Shown piece by piece: positions 60,426-64,000 of a stretch of DNA of 64,000 nucleotides. The position numbers and the translations under genes were made by a program. The notes beneath the pieces were generated by a model. That model was not told the DNA's origin and did not search any database. It worked only from the letters and a program-made list of their open reading frames with translations. Position 1 is the first letter of the stretch. Every line of letters starts with the position of its first letter. The stretch comes from an uncultured virus (IMG/VR IMGVR_UViG_3300010354_009789). Lineage: Duplodnaviria > Heunggongvirae > Uroviricota > Caudoviricetes. The DNA lies in the IMG/VR virus record IMGVR_UViG_3300010354_009789; one strand, given 5' to 3'.

Positions 60426-60623
60426 GTTCAGAATGATACGATAATCAATGGATTTGATGCACCAACCTGTAGCACATGTGATCTCTTCTATGAGATCTTC
60501 TTCATCATCTGCCTCCCAAATCATACCGATAGTTTCGTCGGTAATGTTACTAAACTGATGCTCAGGAAAGTCATCAGTAGCATCATCAAAATCAAACTCA
60601 ATTTCAGTAACTTGGAATTGCAT
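60423..60623 (-). CDS. Acidic hypothetical protein
   Basis: 66-aa ORF; TGA stop supplied by repeat copy 1. Confidence 0.75.
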   Translation of the reverse strand: MQFQVTEIEFDFDDATDDFPEHQFSNITDETIGMIWEADDEEDLIEEITCATGWCIKSIDYRIILN

Positions 60624-60650
60624 GATTCAGACCAGTTAGGATTGCATTTC

Positions 60651-60869
60651 TCACCATGGGGTGGTGATTCCGTCTTTTGTATTCAGGTTGGAAGCGATGG
60701 CAGACTCTAAACAAACCTCACGGGTGTCCAGGACAGCATAATCAAATCCTTCAACTTCTTCAAGGTGCTTTTGATAAGCAACAGCAGCAGAGAAGCAATC
60801 AAACAGGCGGAGAGATTTGAAGTTTTCACCTTCATAATCAATTCCACCGATCACAGCGTAGACTTTCAT
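60651..60869 (-). CDS. Hypothetical protein
   Basis: MKVYAVIGGIDYEGE... ORF coupled to upstream stop. Confidence 0.7.
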   Translation of the reverse strand: MKVYAVIGGIDYEGENFKSLRLFDCFSAAVAYQKHLEEVEGFDYAVLDTREVCLESAIASNLNTKDGITTPW

Positions 60870-61039
60870 CACAGATCTCCAACGATGAAGTAGTATGCAA
60901 CAGAGGAAGGAACGCCGCTTAACGCAAGTGAACCGTTACGGGCGTCGCAGTAATCTTGGGCCTCATCTTCAGAATCAAAAGGTCCGATGTATTCTGGGGA
61001 CTCCAGATGAATGGAATCAAAGCGGACGGTGTAGGACAT
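60869..61039 (-). CDS. Hypothetical protein (56 aa), first gene after repeat copy 2
   Basis: Manual translation MSYTVRFDSIHLESPEYIGPFDSEDEAQDYCDARN...; AAGGA SD. Confidence 0.7.
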   Translation of the reverse strand: MSYTVRFDSIHLESPEYIGPFDSEDEAQDYCDARNGSLALSGVPSSVAYYFIVGDL

Positions 61040-61054
61040 GGGTGGGTTCCTTTG

Positions 61055-61112
61055 GTATCTTCATCATACCCTCCGGAAGGGGTCTGGAGGGTTTTTCAGC
61101 AGATCTGCATCA
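61055..61112 (-). repeat. 58-bp promoter-like repeat, copy 2 (identical to copy 5)
   Basis: TGATGCAGATCTGCTGAAA-AACCCTCCAGACCCCTTCCGGAGGG-TATGAT-GAAGATAC. Confidence 0.95.
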
Positions 61113-61280
61113 CATCCCGTTGAGCATGTCGTAGATGGCATCCAGATAGTCTGCCTCAGTCTCAAACGTGCGACCGTGCACAGTACGGGGATAGTCTGCC
61201 TTTGCAGCAGGTTGACGCAGTTCGCTTTCAGTGTAACCTTTCTGCATCAGGTGCTCAACGTAGGGGTTGGAATGGGTCAT
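61110..61280 (-). CDS. Hypothetical protein (56 aa), single gene between copies 3 and 2
   Basis: MTHSNPYVEHLMQKGY...; AAGGA SD; TGA supplied by copy 2. Confidence 0.7.
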   Translation of the reverse strand: MTHSNPYVEHLMQKGYTESELRQPAAKADYPRTVHGRTFETEADYLDAIYDMLNGM

Positions 61281-61294
61281 GGGTCTTTCCTTTG

Positions 61295-61352
61295 GTATCT
61301 TCATCATAGGGCATCCGGGACCGTTGGCGGGGTTTTCAGCAGATGTGCAGCA
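61295..61352 (-). repeat. 58-bp promoter-like repeat, copy 3
   Basis: TGCTGCACATCTGCTGAAA-N25-TATGAT-GAAGATAC. Confidence 0.9.
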
Positions 61353-61366
61353 GATCTTCACAATAT

Positions 61367-61394
61367 AAAAAATCCGGGGTTACCAGCCCCGGAT
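61367..61394 (-). terminator. Intrinsic terminator upstream of copy 3
   Basis: ATCCGGGG-N6-CCCCGGAT followed by T-run. Confidence 0.8.
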
Positions 61395-61395
61395 C

Positions 61396-61503
61396 AGTTC
61401 ACCCATACACCTCTATCAACTATCATTATCTCCGCTCAACTTCGATTCGGTTCCCATCCGAATCGGGGTGACTTTTCTTATAGCAGCGGCAAACCCTTTC
61501 CGC
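61396..61503 (-). ncRNA. Candidate structured RNA in the 3' region of the ArdA-like gene
   Basis: ORF-free 110 nt with a perfect 8-bp hairpin and further complementary segments, ending in a terminator. Confidence 0.35.
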
Positions 61504-61509
61504 GATGGA

Positions 61510-61977
61510 CTAGAAGTTACGATTGAAGATGAAACCACCTTCATAATCGAAATCATAGGACAGATTGGAATTCCAAGTTGCATCCCAATCCACTACAACG
61601 TATGCGGGAATGTCACCGTATACATCAGTGGTGAACTGTTCAGCGAAATCTGCCTCAGAATCATATTCGCCCTGATAGGCATCTTCGAACGAATCCAGAC
61701 AATCTTCACCATAGAGTTCGATGAATGCCTCTACAGCATCTTGAGAATAGATGTCTACCAGACGATCATACTCTTCCTGATTCTCTTCAGAAACCTCAGT
61801 TTCATCAGAGGGCAGAGACTGACCCTTTGCCTCAAGCAATTCAGTGTAGAATTCAGTGTAGGCACCTTTGCCATTCTCTTTCACGTAACCACAGGCAAGC
61901 ACAACCTCAGTTGCAGTCTTACCTTCAGCACGAAGGGAATCAACGCGGGAGATGAGATCGGAACCGGTGAGTTTCAT
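61510..61977 (-). CDS. Fusion of cyanobacterial AbrB-like N-terminal domain and ArdA-like antirestriction C-terminal domain
   Basis: N-terminal LTG.DL...V.....ACGY......FY..LLEAKG; very acidic C-terminal FEDAYQGEYDSEADFAE...DIPAY..VDWDA...GFIF. Confidence 0.75.
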   Translation of the reverse strand: MKLTGSDLISRVDSLRAEGKTATEVVLACGYVKENGKGAYTEFYTELLEAKGQSLPSDETEVSEENQEEYDRLVDIYSQDAVEAFIELYGEDCLDSFEDAYQGEYDSEADFAEQFTTDVYGDIPAYVVVDWDATWNSNLSYDFDYEGGFIFNRNF

Positions 61978-62019
61978 GGTCTTAGAGCGATTGGGTTGGG
62001 GTGGAGGTCTTTCCCTCCT

Positions 62020-62077
62020 GTATCTTCATCATACCCCCCGGACGGGGTTCGGAGGGTTTTTCAGCGAATGTGCATCA
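62020..62077 (-). repeat. 58-bp promoter-like repeat, copy 4
   Basis: TGATGCACATTCGCTGAAA-N25-TATGAT-GAAGATAC, followed by GGAGG/CCTCC leader hairpin. Confidence 0.92.
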
Positions 62078-62302
62078 GAAGTGCGATTCGGACCAGTCAA
62101 GCACTTCGCTATACTTAGCGATGCCATCATAGCAACGCTTGCTCATCTCATGATCGCCATCTGCAATATAACCTTTCAGGAATTCGAAGCAATATTTGAT
62201 ACGCAATTCAGGTGCGATTATTTCAAGTTGTTGACGCTTACGCTCTTGATAGGAGTTGTAAGCAAACATTTCACGATCTTCGAATGACATTTGGTGGAAC
62301 AT
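62075..62302 (-). CDS. Hypothetical protein, single gene between copies 5 and 4
   Basis: 75-aa ORF; GAGGA SD; TGA supplied by copy 4. Confidence 0.75.
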   Translation of the reverse strand: MFHQMSFEDREMFAYNSYQERKRQQLEIIAPELRIKYCFEFLKGYIADGDHEMSKRCYDGIAKYSEVLDWSESHF

Positions 62303-62320
62303 GGGTGGGGTCCTCTCTTG

Positions 62321-62378
62321 GTATCTTCATCATACCCTCCGGAAGGGGTCTGGAGGGTTTTTCAGCAGATCTGCATCA
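62321..62378 (-). repeat. 58-bp promoter-like repeat, copy 5 (identical to copy 2)
   Basis: 61-bp identity of 62318-62378 with 61052-61112. Confidence 0.95.
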
Positions 62379-62765
62379 AAACGTAATCTGCCAACCATGG
62401 CGGGCGCTGCACTTAGCGTATGCTGGGGGTGCAGCAGGATCAGCATCCTTAGCAATCTTAGCGATTCGATCATAAGGAATTGTATCCTCACTGCAGTATT
62501 CCTCCAAACCATTCGGAGTTACAACTGCGAAACCACGATTATCCTTGCTGTAGTATTCAATATCATCTGCAGTAAAGGCAATCGGGGATCCATCATACAT
62601 TGAACCATAGGCAACTTTACCATCTTTGATGATCACTTGATCCGGTTGATATCCATGCGCAGACCAATAGGTTCCATCGGGAACTCTAGGGGCAGCAGAT
62701 CCACACGCAGTGGTGAGAATAGCAAGACCGGCAATCACGATACCGGTGAGTTTGGTGGCGGTCAT
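62376..62765 (-). CDS. Predicted lipoprotein (129 aa), single gene between copies 6 and 5
   Basis: From ATG 62765 (GGAGGA SD): MTATKLTGIVIAGLAILTTA-CG signal peptide II/lipobox; TGA supplied by copy 5. Confidence 0.75.
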   Translation of the reverse strand: MTATKLTGIVIAGLAILTTACGSAAPRVPDGTYWSAHGYQPDQVIIKDGKVAYGSMYDGSPIAFTADDIEYYSKDNRGFAVVTPNGLEEYCSEDTIPYDRIAKIAKDADPAAPPAYAKCSARHGWQITF

Positions 62766-62782
62766 GATCGGGTCCTCCCTTG

Positions 62783-62840
62783 GTATCTTCATCTTATGCC
62801 CCTCAGGGAATCTGAAGGGCATTTCAGCAGATGTGCAGCA
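62783..62840 (-). repeat. 58-bp promoter-like repeat, copy 6
   Basis: TGCTGCACATCTGCTGAAA-N25-TAAGAT-GAAGATAC. Confidence 0.9.
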
Positions 62841-62842
62841 GA

Positions 62843-63112
62843 TCAGATTAAGACTAGTTTGGGTGCCAATTCCACTTTAAAGAAAGGCCACGAATGCATT
62901 GCAGCAACAGATTTGCCTTCGATTCCCACTTCATCTACAATCTCCCACGAATCATCAGTCTCTTTGATGACAACGTAACCGGTGACTCCACCGATAGAGA
63001 GACAATTCAGAGCATACCTTTCTGCCCACGATTGTGTCTCATAGCTCAGAGAATGGTGATTCCAGAGTCCTTCAGATGAGGGCCCGAATGTAATCACGTG
63101 AAAGGTTTTCAT
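62843..63112 (-). CDS. Hypothetical protein
   Basis: 89-aa ORF; resembles 63469-63750. Confidence 0.7.
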   Translation of the reverse strand: MKTFHVITFGPSSEGLWNHHSLSYETQSWAERYALNCLSIGGVTGYVVIKETDDSWEIVDEVGIEGKSVAAMHSWPFFKVELAPKLVLI

Positions 63113-63115
63113 GAT

Positions 63116-63271
63116 TCAGGAGATTGCACGAAGGTGTTTACGGGTATCGAAACCTTTAGAATGTTCTTCCTTGCGCAACTTAGCAGCAAGTTCAACAAAC
63201 GAAACCGGTTGAGAATTTGCAACCATCACAAGTTGCTTCGATTGCAAATCACATGCCATTTGGTAAGACAT
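63116..63271 (-). CDS. Hypothetical protein (51 aa)
   Basis: Manual translation MSYQMACDLQSKQLVMVANSQPVSFVELAAKLRKEE... Confidence 0.55.
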   Translation of the reverse strand: MSYQMACDLQSKQLVMVANSQPVSFVELAAKLRKEEHSKGFDTRKHLRAIS

Positions 63272-63273
63272 GA

Positions 63274-63396
63274 TTAACCCTCAAGAATGTGGCACTGATT
63301 CAGACAACCACCGTATACCCGAAAGGCATACTGATAACCTTCAATCTTGGTATAGAAGCACATAACCGGATATCCGGCGTGATAGAGAGTGAACAT
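63274..63396 (-). CDS. Hypothetical protein (40 aa), first gene after copy 7
   Basis: Manual translation MFTLYHAGYPVMCFYTKIEGYQYAFRVYGGCLNQCHILEG; AGGAGG SD. Confidence 0.6.
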   Translation of the reverse strand: MFTLYHAGYPVMCFYTKIEGYQYAFRVYGGCLNQCHILEG

Positions 63397-63413
63397 GGGT
63401 CTGTCCTCCTTTG

Positions 63414-63471
63414 GTATCTTCATCATAGGGTGCCAGGAGCATCTGGCGGGTTTTTCAGCACTGATGCATCA
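63414..63471 (-). repeat. 58-bp promoter-like repeat, copy 7
   Basis: TGATGCATCAGTGCTGAAA-N25-TATGAT-GAAGATAC. Confidence 0.92.
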
Positions 63472-63750
63472 CATATGTTCACGCATCACCCGGTGAGCAT
63501 TTGATTCTACAACTTTCAGACCATCTTTGGTATCAGATACAAACCAGTCGCAGCACCTGTGACCACGTAGTGCAACTTGATCGATGATCTTCCACGAATT
63601 CCCATAATATTCGATCATCACGTAATATTCATCTGCTGCACCATTAAGCATATGATTGAATGCCTGATATGCATCATACTCATTCTCATGACGAAAATGA
63701 TAATTTGAAACTTGACCGTCTAGAAGACTTGCGGTGATGATTTCAAACAT
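63469..63750 (-). CDS. Hypothetical protein, single gene between copies 8 and 7
   Basis: 93-aa ORF; TGA supplied by copy 7. Confidence 0.75.
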   Translation of the reverse strand: MFEIITASLLDGQVSNYHFRHENEYDAYQAFNHMLNGAADEYYVMIEYYGNSWKIIDQVALRGHRCCDWFVSDTKDGLKVVESNAHRVMREHM

Positions 63751-63768
63751 GGCAGGTATTTGATCTCA

Positions 63769-63826
63769 GTAATTTCATGATATGCCCCCAGAAGGTCCTG
63801 GAGGGCATTTCAGCAGATATTTAGCG
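63769..63826 (-). repeat. 58-bp promoter-like repeat, copy 8 (most diverged)
   Basis: CGCTAAATATCTGCTGAAA-N25-TATCAT-GAAATTAC. Confidence 0.85.
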
Positions 63827-64000
63827 GGAGAGCAGCGCACGTGCAGCAACACCCGCGTTATAGGTGCGGAGAACAGCAGATGCGAAGCACTCACGCACCT
63901 GATCACCATGTGCTTCCCACCAAAGTTGTACAAATGCAATTGCATCTTGCACGAATGTGTATACCTTACGTGCGAATGCTTTGATCTCATCTTTATGATC

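Noticed and set aside
61485..61520. c-di-GMP-I riboswitch-like GGCAAACC word on the + strand
   Set aside because: The downstream GACGCAAAGC and second stem are missing, and it is on the non-transcribed strand
61110..62822. ORF-track starts at 60377, 61361 and 62822, and ORF 62330-62512
   Set aside because: These read through the 58-bp repeat; downstream ATGs with Shine-Dalgarno sites are better starts
60368..63826. CRISPR array interpretation of the 58-bp repeats
   Set aside because: Intervening segments are about 180-670 bp, variable in length and contain intact ORFs; the repeat centres are variable; no cas genes
60368..63826. Classical integron (intI/attC)
   Set aside because: No tyrosine recombinase in the window and no RYYYAAC...GTTRRRY core sites; only the architecture is analogous
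63775..63990. 71-aa ORF at the window end
   Set aside because: Overlaps repeat copy 8, has atypical composition and no support; likely spurious
1..64000. tRNA/rRNA genes or alternative genetic code
   Set aside because: No cloverleaf with a GTTCRA T-loop was noticed in intergenic gaps (not exhaustively scanned); core genes translate full length with the standard code

Overview
This window is part of a T4-like myovirus genome, most likely a cyanophage (Kyanoviridae-type gene order and proteins). Essentially all real genes are on the minus strand. Reading in transcription order (64 kb to 1), it has four parts. (i) About 59-64 kb is an accessory, early-type island of short ORFs punctuated by eight copies of a 58-bp, indel-free repeat. 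Each copy has a -10-like box, a fixed 25-nt often-hairpin spacer and a GCTGAAA box, and usually supplies the upstream gene's TGA stop. Cargo includes an AbrB-like/ArdA-like fusion, a lipoprotein and a possible structured RNA. (ii) An HNH endonuclease and a glycosyltransferase-like gene. (iii) The late structural cluster: g25, g6, giant g7-like, g8, a 2596-aa virion protein, g13-g16, an accessory fibre-like insert, g17-g23, a GIY-YIG endonuclease and g3. (iv) uvsY, uvsW, g55, g47, g46 and a late modular protein. An unannotated 35-aa membrane peptide resembling the NdhQ C-terminus lies between the GIY-YIG gene and g3. All family assignments come from recognising motifs and synteny by eye; no database search was run. 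No tRNA, rRNA, CRISPR array, integrase or reverse transcriptase was recognised.
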